DNA of 32,000 bases from Massilicoli timonensis (GCF_900199515.1 NZ_LT963434.1:1922180-1954179), one strand, 5' to 3'; numbered from the stretch's first letter, positions 17,189-26,009 are shown. The notes: generated by a model from the sequence alone, not told the origin. Numbers and translations are program-made.

Positions 17189-18024
17189 CGCATATTTATC
17201 AAGAAGGCACACCGTTTTCTTATCTTGCTTTGGATGACGTATCGCTGGAAATCAAGGAAGGGGCGTTTACTGCGATCATCGGTGAGACCGGCAGCGGCAA
17301 GACGACGTTGGTGCAGCACTTGAATGCTTTGTTATTGCCGAGCAAGGGAAAACTGCAAGTGTTGGATCGTCTTATTACAGCGGATCAGAAGCCGAAACAG
17401 TTAAAATCATTGCGCAAGCAGGTTGGTTTGGTCTTTCAATTTCCGGAATATCAATTATTTGAAGAAACGATCTTAAAGGATGTCTGCTTCGGGCCGAAAA
17501 ATTTTGGGGCAACAGAAGAGGAAGCGCGAGACATGGCGGTAAAAATGCTGAAGCTGGTCGGTTTGGATGAAAGCTATTTGGATCAATCGCCGTTTGAATT
17601 GTCAGGCGGGCAGAAACGAAGAGTGGCGATTGCAGGTATTTTGGCGATGGATCCGCAGGTGCTGGTACTGGATGAGCCGACGGCGGGTCTGGATCCGCAG
17701 GGCGCAAAGGAAATGATGGATCTGTTTGTGGAATTAAATAAGACATATCATAAAACGGTACTGATCGTTACACACGATATGGAACATGTTTTACATAGCT
17801 GTGATGAGGTCGTGGTCGTGGCGAAAGGGAAAATCAAGAAGCAGTGTGATGTAACGACTTTTTTTGAAGATGTCGAATTATTGAAACAGCTGCGCATTGA
17901 TCCGCCGGCAGTCATCAAAATGCGGGAGGCATTGCGCGAAAGAGGATTTTCTTTGGGCAAAGATATGCTGAGCATTGAGGCGCTGGCAAAAGCCATCCAA
18001 AGTGAGGTGCAGAAACATGAATAA
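17164..18024 (+). CDS. ecfA2: ECF transporter ATPase EcfA2
   Basis: Walker A GETGSGKTT, LSGGQKRR, VLVLDEPTAGLD and VTHD. It overlaps ecfA1 by 25 nt. Confidence 0.93.
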   Translation: MPIRYEGLTHIYQEGTPFSYLALDDVSLEIKEGAFTAIIGETGSGKTTLVQHLNALLLPSKGKLQVLDRLITADQKPKQLKSLRKQVGLVFQFPEYQLFEETILKDVCFGPKNFGATEEEARDMAVKMLKLVGLDESYLDQSPFELSGGQKRRVAIAGILAMDPQVLVLDEPTAGLDPQGAKEMMDLFVELNKTYHKTVLIVTHDMEHVLHSCDEVVVVAKGKIKKQCDVTTFFEDVELLKQLRIDPPAVIKMREALRERGFSLGKDMLSIEALAKAIQSEVQKHE

Positions 18025-18871
18025 TTTTACTTTGGGCAGCTATATGCCGTATGATTCTTTGATCCATCGTTTGGATCCAAGAGCGAAAATCATGGGCATG
18101 ATCTTTTTTATGGTAGCCATCTTCATTCCTGCCGGATATTTTCCTTATATCATTTTAGGTGTGGTAGCGCTTGTGCTGCTTTTGATTGCGCATTTGAAAC
18201 TTCGTTCGGTATGGAAGTCTATGAAACCGATGCTGTTGATGATGGTGTTTTTATTGGTGATCAATCTGTTGGTGGTGCGCACCGGCTATGTGGTGGTAAA
18301 ACTGGGAGATTTTGCGATTTACAGTGATGCTTTGGCTCAGACTTTTTATATCGCAGTGCGTTTGGTGCTGATGATCATGATTACGACGACCTTGACCGCA
18401 ACGACCAAACCATTGGATCTGACGTTGGGAATAGAAGATTTATTGACGCCGTTTAAGGTGCTGCATGTGCCGGCGCATGAAATTGCGATGATGATTTCGA
18501 TCGCTTTGCGTTTCATCCCGACATTGATTGAAGAAACGCAGCGTATCATGAAGGCGCAGGCATCAAGAGGAGTCGATATGGAAGAGGGCAAACTGAAGGA
18601 AAAGATCATGGCGGTGCTTTCTTTGATCGTGCCACTATTTGTGTCAGCGTTTCAGCGGGCGGAAGATCTCGCCAATGCAATGGAAGCACGGGGCTATATT
18701 CCTGAACGTAAACGAACGCGCTATAAGCAGTTGAAAATGGCGGGACGGGATTGGATCATGCTGGGCTGTTCTTTCTTGTTGATGGCGGTGCCGATTTTGA
18801 TTGCTATGGGATATTTGGATCCATTAAGAATAGGAAGTTTATTTTTAGAGGGGGTTGGGTATGCGTTATAA
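18017..18871 (+). CDS. ecfT: ECF transporter transmembrane component EcfT
   Basis: CbiQ/EcfT family (LDPRAKI, the coupling-helix region ALRFIPTL...QRIMKAQASRG, and FQRAEDLANAMEARGY). ATG 18017 follows RBS GAGGTG; the ORF-track start at 17975 lies inside ecfA2. Confidence 0.9.
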   Translation: MNNFTLGSYMPYDSLIHRLDPRAKIMGMIFFMVAIFIPAGYFPYIILGVVALVLLLIAHLKLRSVWKSMKPMLLMMVFLLVINLLVVRTGYVVVKLGDFAIYSDALAQTFYIAVRLVLMIMITTTLTATTKPLDLTLGIEDLLTPFKVLHVPAHEIAMMISIALRFIPTLIEETQRIMKAQASRGVDMEEGKLKEKIMAVLSLIVPLFVSAFQRAEDLANAMEARGYIPERKRTRYKQLKMAGRDWIMLGCSFLLMAVPILIAMGYLDPLRIGSLFLEGVGYAL

Positions 18872-19682
18872 AGCAGTTGTTGCCTATGATGGCACGGACT
18901 ATAATGGCTGGCAGAAGCAGATCAATGGAGTCGGCATTCAGACAGTGATAGAAAAAGCGCTTGAAAAAATGCTGGGACATGCTTGTGAAGCAGTGGCAAG
19001 CGGAAGAACCGATGGCGGTGTGCATGCACTGGGACAGGTTTTTCATTTTGACAGTGAAAAGAAAATGAAAGGAGAGCGCATGAAAATGGCGCTGAATAGT
19101 CTTTTGCCGGGGACGATCCGGATTCAGTCCATAGAGCCGGTCAGTGATCAGTTCCATGCACGCTTTGATGCGGTTTCAAAGCGTTATGATTATTTGGTCG
19201 GTGATTGTGGTAATAATCCATTTGCGGTTCGTTTTATGGCGCCGGTAAGAGAAAAACTTGATGTTTTGAAAATGCAGGAATGTGCACAGGTGCTGGTTGG
19301 AACACATGATTTTACTTCTTTTACAAGTGCGAAGATCGATCAGCGCAAATCACGGGTGCGCACGATAGATGCGATTTTGATCTGCGAAGAAAAAAATGGC
19401 ATTCGCATGATTTTCGAAGGCGATGGTTTTTTGCGCTATCAGGTGCGTATGATGGCAGGAACGCTTTTAGAGGTAGGCAAAGGGAAACTGACAAAAGCAG
19501 ATGTAGAAGTGATGCTGGAAGGAAAGGATAAGCATCTTTGTCGCTATAAGGCAGAAGCGCAAGGACTTTATCTGGTACGGGTGGATTATGAAAAGGATGA
19601 TTGTCGGGAGGCGATATTGCGGTTTCTGATGGAGGAATCACAGGAGAGAGATATTAGAAAATGGTGGGGGCATAAGAGATAA
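18861..19682 (+). CDS. truA: tRNA pseudouridine(38-40) synthase TruA
   Basis: MRYKAVVAYDGTDYNGWQKQ and the catalytic SGRTDGGVHA. ATG 18861 follows RBS AGAGGGGG; the ORF track starts at TTG 18855. Confidence 0.93.
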   Translation: MRYKAVVAYDGTDYNGWQKQINGVGIQTVIEKALEKMLGHACEAVASGRTDGGVHALGQVFHFDSEKKMKGERMKMALNSLLPGTIRIQSIEPVSDQFHARFDAVSKRYDYLVGDCGNNPFAVRFMAPVREKLDVLKMQECAQVLVGTHDFTSFTSAKIDQRKSRVRTIDAILICEEKNGIRMIFEGDGFLRYQVRMMAGTLLEVGKGKLTKADVEVMLEGKDKHLCRYKAEAQGLYLVRVDYEKDDCREAILRFLMEESQERDIRKWWGHKR

Positions 19683-19710
19683 GCAGTAGTTTTTGGCAAG
19701 GAGGGATTTC

Positions 19711-20517
19711 ATGAAGAAATGTAATTACCATACGCACACTTATCGCTGTATGCATGCATGCGGCAGTGATGAGGATTATGTGATCAGCGCTATAAAAGGC
19801 GGTTATCAGGTGCTTGGTTTTTCGGATCATGCGCCATGGAACTATGAAAGTGATTTTGTGGCACACATGCGTATGCCGTTGGTGCAGTTTCACGAATATG
19901 CGGAGAGTATCCGCAAACTGAAAGAAAAGTATCGCGGTCAGATTGAGATCCTGTTGGGACTGGAATGTGAATATTATCCACGGTATTTGCCATGGCTGCG
20001 GCAGTTTCTGATTGAGGAGCAGGTAGATTATATCATTTTGGGCAATCATTATTATGAGAGCGATGAGATCGCAAATCAGTATTATGGGAATCGCTGCAAG
20101 GAGGATCTTTATTTACAGCGTTATGTAGAGGGCGCGATTGCGGCGATGGAAACAGGTTTATATGCCTATATGGCGCATCCTGATCTGTTTATGCGGGGGC
20201 GTAAGGTATTTGATGATCAGGCGCGGGAAGCGAGCAGGCAGATTTGTGAAGCGGCGAAGCGATTGCATATTCCTTTGGAGTATAATTTGGAGGGTGCTGC
20301 TTATAATGCGGCGTGCCAGATCGAGGAATATCCGCATCATGAGTTTTGGGAAATTGCGGCAGAAATCGGCAATGAGGTGGTCATCGGTGTCGATGCGCAT
20401 GATCCGGCTTCTTTGGAAAGAGAGGATTATGATCGGCAGGCACGCGCTTATCTAAAGGGGCTTGGATTATCGATCTTGGAGGAAGTTTCTTTGTCTGATT
20501 ATCGTTTGTTAAGATAA
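19711..20517 (+). CDS. PHP-domain phosphoesterase, histidinol-phosphatase HisJ family
   Basis: N-terminal CNYHTHTYRCMHA metal-binding motif, then GFSDH, LGLECEY, HPD and DAH. ATG 19711 follows RBS AAGGAGGG, which lies inside the longer ORF-track model (19693). Confidence 0.85.
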   Translation: MKKCNYHTHTYRCMHACGSDEDYVISAIKGGYQVLGFSDHAPWNYESDFVAHMRMPLVQFHEYAESIRKLKEKYRGQIEILLGLECEYYPRYLPWLRQFLIEEQVDYIILGNHYYESDEIANQYYGNRCKEDLYLQRYVEGAIAAMETGLYAYMAHPDLFMRGRKVFDDQAREASRQICEAAKRLHIPLEYNLEGAAYNAACQIEEYPHHEFWEIAAEIGNEVVIGVDAHDPASLEREDYDRQARAYLKGLGLSILEEVSLSDYRLLR

Positions 20518-20584
20518 AGAAGGGAAACGATGGAAACGGCCTTTGAAATAGGGAGAAAAAAGTGCTAAAAAGTGAAAAAAAGCA

Positions 20585-20613
20585 TTGACTTATGCGGTAT
20601 TTATCTTTAGAAT
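20585..20613 (+). promoter_or_regulatory. rplM-rpsI promoter
   Basis: TTGACT (20585-20590), 17-nt spacer, TAGAAT (20608-20613), preceded by an A-rich UP-like tract. Confidence 0.65.
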
Positions 20614-20619
20614 ATAAAA

Positions 20620-20755
20620 AGGCACGGCTTGTGGTCTGATCTGCATGCGTTTGAGATGCTAACGGGAAAAGGCATGTGGATGGATCATAGGTTTTCTTAA
20701 GTGTTTTATTTTAAACCCGGTACAGTTTAGATGAAACAGAAAGGAAGTAGAATTT
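20620..20755 (+). promoter_or_regulatory. Long structured 5' leader of rplM (candidate L13 autoregulatory leader)
   Basis: About 135 nt of untranslated leader lie between the promoter and the rplM ATG. Firmicutes are known to carry an L13 ribosomal-protein leader at this position. Identity was not verified by covariance-model search. Confidence 0.4.
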
Positions 20756-21193
20756 ATGCGCCAAACAACTATGACAAAACCTGCAGACGTTACACGTACT
20801 TGGTATGTAGTGGACGGAACAGGAAAGACATTAGGACGTCTTGCTACGGAAGTAGCTGCTGTGTTACGTGGTAAACACAAACCGACTTACACACCGAATG
20901 TTGATTGCGGAGATTATGTGATCGTAATCAATGCGGACAAGATTGAATTGACCGGAAATAAGATGGAAGGTAAGAAATATTATTCTCACTCTATGTATCC
21001 GGGAGGACTTCGTGTTCGTACTGCTAAAGAGATGAAGAGCAAATATACTGTTGAATGGGTAGAAAAAGCAGTATATGGCATGTTGCCGCACACTCGTTTA
21101 GGAAATGTGCAGCGCAGACATTTGTTTGTCTATACCGGCAGTGAACATCCGCATGCAGCTCAGCAGCCGGTGGAAATGGTAATCAAAGGATAG
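20756..21193 (+). CDS. rplM: 50S ribosomal protein L13
   Basis: 145 aa (WYVVDGTGKTLGRLATEVAAVLRGKHKPTYTP...GMLP). Confidence 0.98.
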   Translation: MRQTTMTKPADVTRTWYVVDGTGKTLGRLATEVAAVLRGKHKPTYTPNVDCGDYVIVINADKIELTGNKMEGKKYYSHSMYPGGLRVRTAKEMKSKYTVEWVEKAVYGMLPHTRLGNVQRRHLFVYTGSEHPHAAQQPVEMVIKG

Positions 21194-21205
21194 GAGGAGT
21201 AAGAG

Positions 21206-21607
21206 ATGGCAAAGAAAAATACAGTTATGTATAACGGAACTGGACGTCGTAAGACTTCTGTTGCTCGTGTCTTTATGACTCCGGGAAATGGAACGATTAC
21301 AGTAAACGGTAAAACTTTGGAGGAGTATCTGCCACTGGAAACTTTGCGTATGGTCGTGCGCTCTCCGTTGGAATTAACGGAAACATTGACGCAGTTTAAT
21401 ATTAAGATCAATGTTGGCGGCGGCGGTTATACCGGACAGGCGGGTGCTATGCGCCATGGTATTGCGCGTGCGCTGCTGGAAGCAAGTGCAGATTATCGTC
21501 CGGCACTGAAAGCGGCTGGCTTCTTAACTCGTGATTCTCGTATGAAGGAACGTAAGAAGTACGGTTTGAAAGCGGCTCGTCGTGCGCCACAGTTCTCAAA
21601 ACGATAG
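21206..21607 (+). CDS. rpsI: 30S ribosomal protein S9
   Basis: 133 aa ([12 protein letters not shown]...[19 protein letters not shown]...[17 protein letters not shown]). Confidence 0.98.
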   Translation: MAKKNTVMYNGTGRRKTSVARVFMTPGNGTITVNGKTLEEYLPLETLRMVVRSPLELTETLTQFNIKINVGGGGYTGQAGAMRHGIARALLEASADYRPALKAAGFLTRDSRMKERKKYGLKAARRAPQFSKR

Positions 21608-21651
21608 TATTAAATTGTGGTCTGAGAACATCAGTAAAAATCAAATTATGC

Positions 21652-21681
21652 AAAAAGCCCTCTATTTACGAGGGTTTTTTT
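21652..21681 (+). terminator. rplM-rpsI terminator
   Basis: AAAGCCCTC-TATTTAC-GAGGGTTT followed by a T7 run. Confidence 0.85.
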
Positions 21682-21765
21682 CATGTCCTCAAATATTTAT
21701 GAAGACCGTGAATTTCTGAAAAAAAGTGCTGAGAATTGCTAAAAAGTCATCTATTGACGGAAATT

Positions 21766-21833
21766 ATGCAGCAAATATGCAGCAAACTGGCGTAATTTCT
21801 GCGTAAAATTTGGCGTAATTTTGGCGTAAGATT
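21766..21833. repeat. Two adjacent short tandem-repeat arrays with an 11-12 bp period
   Basis: ATGCAGCAAA occurs twice (21766-21775 and 21777-21786). GCGTAA-centred units (TGGCGTAATTT-like) then occur four times, with GCGTAA at 21790, 21801, 21813 and 21824. Confidence 0.8.
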
Positions 21834-21871
21834 ATGTGATGGAGCCTTTTGTATCATCTCGGTATTTGTTT

Positions 21872-21900
21872 AGATGTTCAAATTTGAACATCTTCTTTTG
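21872..21900 (+). repeat. Perfect 22-bp palindrome followed by a T-rich tail (hairpin/terminator or operator)
   Basis: AGATGTTCAAA|TTTGAACATCT (21872-21893) followed by TCTTTTG. Confidence 0.6.
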
Positions 21901-21947
21901 CATTATGAAGCGGCCTACTGTCATATTGAAACATATCATAGATTTAT

Positions 21948-22553
21948 TTATTTTTTGTTATATCTAAAATCGCAATACTCGGCTCCGTCAGCTATAGTCT
22001 GGGTGCGTTTAAGTGTCATGCCCATCATATCTGCCAGTACAAAATCCAATTGACATATATGCTTAGCTAACTCAGGACAGTTTTCATCTGCACAAAGTTT
22101 GCATACACCACACTGGAAGTAATTATATCCTAATTCAAATTCATCTGTTTTTTCTAAAACATCTACAATCCAGTCATTTTCATATCTTCTAAGATGAGAT
22201 TGAGCCTCCCATATTTTTCTCTTTTTCATTTTACGAGTGCTTAGATATGAATCTGCATCACCCATAGCTATATGAAAGAGTCTGCTTGCATAGAGTCCAT
22301 TTTTTAAGATTTCGTAATTCTCTTCTGGAGAAAGTGTATTTGCTCTGTTCATTGCTATAAAATATGCTCCCATGCAGTATGCACTTAAAAGTCGGGAATG
22401 TCCTATGTTTTTTGCACGATGAATAATGGATATATATTCATTTTTAATTTTCTCTATATCTGCCTTATTTTCGATATGCATTCTTTTGATTTCATGCTTA
22501 CAGGCAGTATGATAAAACCAACCATACAATCTTATACTGAACCCATATCTCAT
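21948..22553 (-). CDS. L-2-amino-thiazoline-4-carboxylic acid hydrolase-like (ATC_hydrolase family) protein
   Basis: 201 aa. The C-terminal pattern is characteristic of the family (FQCGVCKLCADENCPELAKHICQLDFVLADMMGMTLKRTQTIADGAEYCDFRY). RBS AGGAGA lies upstream. Confidence 0.6.
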   Translation of the reverse strand: MRYGFSIRLYGWFYHTACKHEIKRMHIENKADIEKIKNEYISIIHRAKNIGHSRLLSAYCMGAYFIAMNRANTLSPEENYEILKNGLYASRLFHIAMGDADSYLSTRKMKKRKIWEAQSHLRRYENDWIVDVLEKTDEFELGYNYFQCGVCKLCADENCPELAKHICQLDFVLADMMGMTLKRTQTIADGAEYCDFRYNKK

Positions 22554-22588
22554 AGTATCATCTCCTAAATATCATAATATTCTAAATG

Positions 22589-22604
22589 TTTAGTTTAAGC
22601 TAAC
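22589..22604. promoter_or_regulatory. GTTAG-N6-CTAAC box, site C (promoter of the minus-strand ATC-hydrolase-like gene)
   Basis: The plus strand reads TTTAGTTTAAGCTAAC (9/10). On the gene strand it begins 3 nt after a TATAAT (plus 22608-22613). The 19-mer at 22590-22608, TTAGTTTAAGCTAACCAAA, matches the DtxR/IdeR box TTAGGTTAGSCTAACCTAA at 16/19. Confidence 0.55.
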
Positions 22605-22633
22605 CAAATTATAGCATTTCTCTATAATATAAA

Positions 22634-22649
22634 GTAAGCCCAAACTAAC
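22634..22649. promoter_or_regulatory. GTTAG-N6-CTAAC box, site C2 (plus-strand side of the divergent region)
   Basis: GTAAGCCCAAACTAAC (9/10). It begins 5 nt after a plus-strand TATAAT (22623-22628) that faces the transglutaminase-like operon. Confidence 0.45.
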
Positions 22650-22723
22650 TAAATTTATTTTTTTATTGTTTATGTAACTTTGTAGAGATATAATTAAATT
22701 ACAAAATGAGATTTTGAAGGGCG

Positions 22724-23437
22724 ATGAAAAGTGTGGAGCAATATCTAAAAGAAACATCATTATTAGATTATTCAAGTCCAAATATACAAGAATTAATCAT
22801 TGAAAGACAATGGAAAGATATGGATGCATATATTCGTTTGAAGCAGATATATGATTTCATTCGAGATGAAATTCTATTTGGCTATAATGTTGATGATCAT
22901 ATTCCTGCCTCAAAAGTTTTGACCGATGGATATGGACAATGCAATACCAAAGGCATTCTATTTATGGCATTGCTGCGAGGTGTTGGTATTCCTTGTCGAA
23001 TACATGGGTTTACGATTGACAAAAAGTTACAGAAGGGAGCCATGACGGGGATTGTATATAAAAACGCACCAATAAATATATTACACAGCTGGGTTGAAGT
23101 ATATTTAGATAATGTATGGTATGAGCTTGAAGGTTTTATCCTTGATAAGAGTTATCTTATGCAGCTGCAAAAAATAAACCAGACCTGTCAAGGCAGTTTT
23201 TGTGGATACGGTGTTGCAGTTAAGGATTTACATAATCCAATCATTGATTTCGATCGAAACGATACTTACATTCAAAGTGAAGGAATCAATCACGATTTTG
23301 GAATTTATGATAGTCCTGATGATTTGTTTCAGGAGCATAATCAGGGACTATCAGCTATGAAAAAGTTTCTATATAGAAATTTAGGTAGACATTTAATGAA
23401 TAATAATATCCAAAAAATAAGAAATGATAAAAGATAA
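22724..23437 (+). CDS. Transglutaminase-like (cysteine protease fold) domain protein
   Basis: The catalytic-core pattern is GYGQCNTKGILFMALLRGVGIPCR ... HSWVEVYLDNVWYELEG, giving Cys, His and an acidic residue in the canonical order. Confidence 0.75.
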   Translation: MKSVEQYLKETSLLDYSSPNIQELIIERQWKDMDAYIRLKQIYDFIRDEILFGYNVDDHIPASKVLTDGYGQCNTKGILFMALLRGVGIPCRIHGFTIDKKLQKGAMTGIVYKNAPINILHSWVEVYLDNVWYELEGFILDKSYLMQLQKINQTCQGSFCGYGVAVKDLHNPIIDFDRNDTYIQSEGINHDFGIYDSPDDLFQEHNQGLSAMKKFLYRNLGRHLMNNNIQKIRNDKR

Positions 23438-23461
23438 ATTGAAAACAAATAGGAGAAAACC

Positions 23462-24325
23462 ATGAAAAAGAATGTTATTGAAAATATAACAGTAACACTA
23501 CGTAAAGCTGACGGTGTTCTATATCCAGTCAAAGACAGAAAAGATAAGGTTATGATTGTATTATCAGGCAGTGAAGGCGGGCTAGCGCATGCAAAGAAAC
23601 TTGCAAAATATTTGCAGACTAATGGAATACCAGCATTGGCTCTTGGATATTTTAAAACAGCTAATTCTGTCAAATCTTTAAGTAAAATTGAACTTGAAAA
23701 CATTAAAGAGGCAATAGACTGGCTAAAACAAATGGGATATAAAAAAATAGGAATTGAAGGATATTCAAAAGGTGCTGAATATGCAGCTGCTGCTGCAATA
23801 GCATTTCATGAATTGAGCTGTGTCATTTTGAAGACACCTTCATGGTTTTATAGTGAGGGGATGAACAGAAAAACACCATCCAAAACGAGCTGCTGGTCTT
23901 ATAAGGGAAGGGAACTCCCATATACACCCTATAAAACAAGAAAATTACCAATCATTAAGGAAATCATCAAAAATAGGGAATATAATATTCTTGCTATAAA
24001 TATGAATAAAAAAATCAATCCTGATTCAATCATATCGATTGAAAAAATCAAAGCACCTATTTTGATGTTTTCAACAAAGATGGATACCATCTGGCCGTCA
24101 AAGGAAAGCTGTGAAAAACTGGAAGAACGCCTGATTAGTTACAATTTTTTCTATCCATATAAGCATATATGTTTTGAGTATATGAGCCACATGATGTTAG
24201 AAGACTGTGAAGATTCAATAAAGTATTTTATTAAATCAGAAAAACGATATCCAAAGGAATGTGCTAGAGAGCGAACCATGATGGGTCAGGAATGCATAAG
24301 GTGGATAGAGGAAGTATGGCAATAA
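23462..24325 (+). CDS. Alpha/beta hydrolase, BAAT/acyl-CoA thioester hydrolase C-terminal domain type
   Basis: Nucleophile elbow GYSKGAEYA (GxSxG) in the BAAT_C/dienelactone-hydrolase-like context (VLSGSEGG...ALGYF). RBS AGGAGA lies upstream. Confidence 0.65.
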   Translation: MKKNVIENITVTLRKADGVLYPVKDRKDKVMIVLSGSEGGLAHAKKLAKYLQTNGIPALALGYFKTANSVKSLSKIELENIKEAIDWLKQMGYKKIGIEGYSKGAEYAAAAAIAFHELSCVILKTPSWFYSEGMNRKTPSKTSCWSYKGRELPYTPYKTRKLPIIKEIIKNREYNILAINMNKKINPDSIISIEKIKAPILMFSTKMDTIWPSKESCEKLEERLISYNFFYPYKHICFEYMSHMMLEDCEDSIKYFIKSEKRYPKECARERTMMGQECIRWIEEVWQ

Positions 24326-24378
24326 AAAGATTCAAGATATAAAAAATGGTCTTTATATGGTGAGGAGTATGGAGCAAG

Positions 24379-24861
24379 ATGAACGTAATTATAGAAACAG
24401 TTATTTTGTGCAGTGTGCTTTTTCTTATATGTTTTCTGGAAACAGGAACTGATGAAAAGAATCTTTTAGGGTTAAGATCATATCCAACAGATGTACAGAA
24501 TATCATAAGAAGCAATGAAAAATATAAAGATAAAACGAAAGAAACGAATATACCTAAAGTTTTTATAGCGAATTTAGTGATGTTTATGATAGTGTTGCTT
24601 GTTTTTGGGATCTTTATTAAATCAGATGATTTTAGGGTAAATTTTATAAACATCTTGATATTAGGTGAAGCATTGAATTTATTTGATTTCGTTATTATTG
24701 ACCTTATATGGTGGAGAAATACGAAAAGGATACGATTTAGCGAAATTCCTGATAAAAAGATGTATCAAAATCCAAAGAAGCATATAGATTCATTTTTAAG
24801 AGGAATTATTATGTATGGCATCATTGCAGTCATTGATGGATTTATATTGACTATATTATAG
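24379..24861 (+). CDS. Hypothetical integral membrane protein
   Basis: 160 aa with 4 hydrophobic helices. No family was recognised. It is on the same strand as its neighbours and tightly spaced with them. Confidence 0.5.
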   Translation: MNVIIETVILCSVLFLICFLETGTDEKNLLGLRSYPTDVQNIIRSNEKYKDKTKETNIPKVFIANLVMFMIVLLVFGIFIKSDDFRVNFINILILGEALNLFDFVIIDLIWWRNTKRIRFSEIPDKKMYQNPKKHIDSFLRGIIMYGIIAVIDGFILTIL

Positions 24862-25057
24862 TGAATAAAAGAGATGAGGCACGATGTGAAAAAATCATCT
24901 TCCGTTTATGAGAGTTGTTCCAATTATTATCATACTGCAGCTCGTCGTTAAAGTTTTGTCCATTATATTATCTGAAAGGGGCAGACTGTATTCTATTCAG
25001 TTAGCAGGATTTCAGAGCAAAGCCCGATTATATATTTGAATGAGGAGGCACATAAAT

Positions 25058-25927
25058 ATGATCAGTATAGAGGAATTTAATCAAAAATATACAAAGCATA
25101 CTGTTATTTTACCTATGGAAAAGGAATTTTCCTATCGCTATTACAGGAATCCCGATGCAAAATCCACCGTCTTGCTTCTAAGTGGAGGGATAGGCTTAAC
25201 GGACTTATTTTATCTGCATTTTGATAGATTTGCGAAAGATTTTTCCTTACTGACTTTTGATTATCAGATACAATTTAAGAATAATATGGAATTTGCTTTG
25301 GCTGTATCATAGCTTCTTCAAAATCTGGATGAAAAGGTATGGCTGGTAGGTCAATCATTAGGTGGAATAGTATCTCAGATCATTGCATCTTATTATCCGG
25401 AATGTGTAGAAGGAATGATACTATCTAATACCTGTTCTCTTGCAAAAGATATGGGTGAGGACGCCTATCAGTTTTTGCTAAATATGATAGAAGGGCAGAA
25501 GAAAGCTAAAAAACTCTTATCTTTCATACCTTTTGCTTTGTATAAATGGCTGATAAAATGGGCAGTATTGAAAAAGAAAACGGATGGCTTCACACAACAA
25601 GAAAAAATGCAGATGAAAAATCTGTGCAATGTCATGATGAAACTGTTAGATAAATCTTATGAATATCATATGATTGATTTTCTGGTCGATGCTCAGAATC
25701 ATTTTGGCATGACGGAGAATGATTTCAGAAAATTTGATGACAGAGTTCTGCTGATCCTATCGGAAGACGATCATACATTCAATCAGGCATGTAAGGATTC
25801 ACTGGTTAGTATCATGACTAACCCAACGCTTATTACCAATCTGCATGGTGGACATCTGGCCTTGATGATACAACTTGATGAATATGCTAGAAAAGTCAGC
25901 GAATACATTTTGAAAAGGGAAAAATAA
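25058..25927 (+). pseudogene. Alpha/beta hydrolase interrupted by a single in-frame TAG (25310-25312)
   Basis: ORFs 25040..25312 and 25415..25927 are in the same frame. The stretch between them (25313-25414) is open and encodes LLQNLDEKVWLVGQSLGGIVSQ, the GxSxG nucleophile elbow. The true start is ATG 25058, after RBS GAGGAGG. Confidence 0.75.
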
Positions 25928-25940
25928 ACAATTAAAGATA

Positions 25941-25989
25941 AAAAAATGAAACGATTCTTTTTATAGAATTGAGAACGTTTCATTTTTTT
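25941..25989. terminator. Bidirectional terminator between convergent genes
   Basis: An A6 run, then ATGAAACG paired with CGTTTCAT and an inner ATTCT/AGAAT pairing, then a T7 run. Confidence 0.8.
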
Positions 25990-26009
25990 CTGCTTTAAGC
26001 ATAGATGTT

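Noticed and set aside
397-20400. Many 60-150-aa ORFs in the six-frame track are antisense to, or out of frame within, strong CDSs. Examples are 397..642-, 1458..1915-, 3692..5596-, 6093..6935-, 8210..8590-, 9584..10670, 12849..13288, 13923..14508-, 16670..17065-, 17375..17996-, 18804..19157-, 19321..20049- and 20138..20455.
   Set aside because: Each lies wholly inside a CDS with clear family motifs. They have no RBS and show skewed composition typical of shadow ORFs (rich in Arg, Ser, Leu and Cys).
20553-21759. Similar A-rich segments precede TTGAC at two places: AAAAAAGTGCT…AAAAAGT…ATTGAC at 20553-20590 and at 21716-21759. The 10-mer TGTGGTCTGA is also shared, at 20631 and 21616.
   Set aside because: Shared 10-11-mers are expected many times by chance in 32 kb. 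The second TTGACG has no acceptable -10 at 16-18 nt (the best is TATGCA). It is noted as a possible UP-element-like resemblance only, and no promoter is called at 21754.
21872-21893. The palindrome could be a LexA/SOS box, since it contains GAAC/GTTC.
   Set aside because: The Firmicutes LexA box is CGAAC-N4-GTTCG. Here the half sites are in the opposite order (GTTC-N6-GAAC) with the wrong spacing.
25310-25312. The in-frame TAG could be a pyrrolysine or programmed read-through codon.
   Set aside because: No pyl genes or PYLIS-like context are visible, and the gene family is not known to use Pyl. A nonsense mutation or a sequencing error is much more parsimonious. This cannot be fully excluded without the whole genome.
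25804-25823. GGTTAGT-ATCATG-ACTAACC, a 7-bp-arm palindrome resembling the GTTAG/CTAAC box, lies inside the alpha/beta hydrolase CDS.
   Set aside because: Its spacing is different (GTTAG-N8-CTAAC rather than N6). It is inside coding sequence (SLVSIMTNP) and has no promoter context. I treat it as probably coincidental and did not count it among the seven sites.
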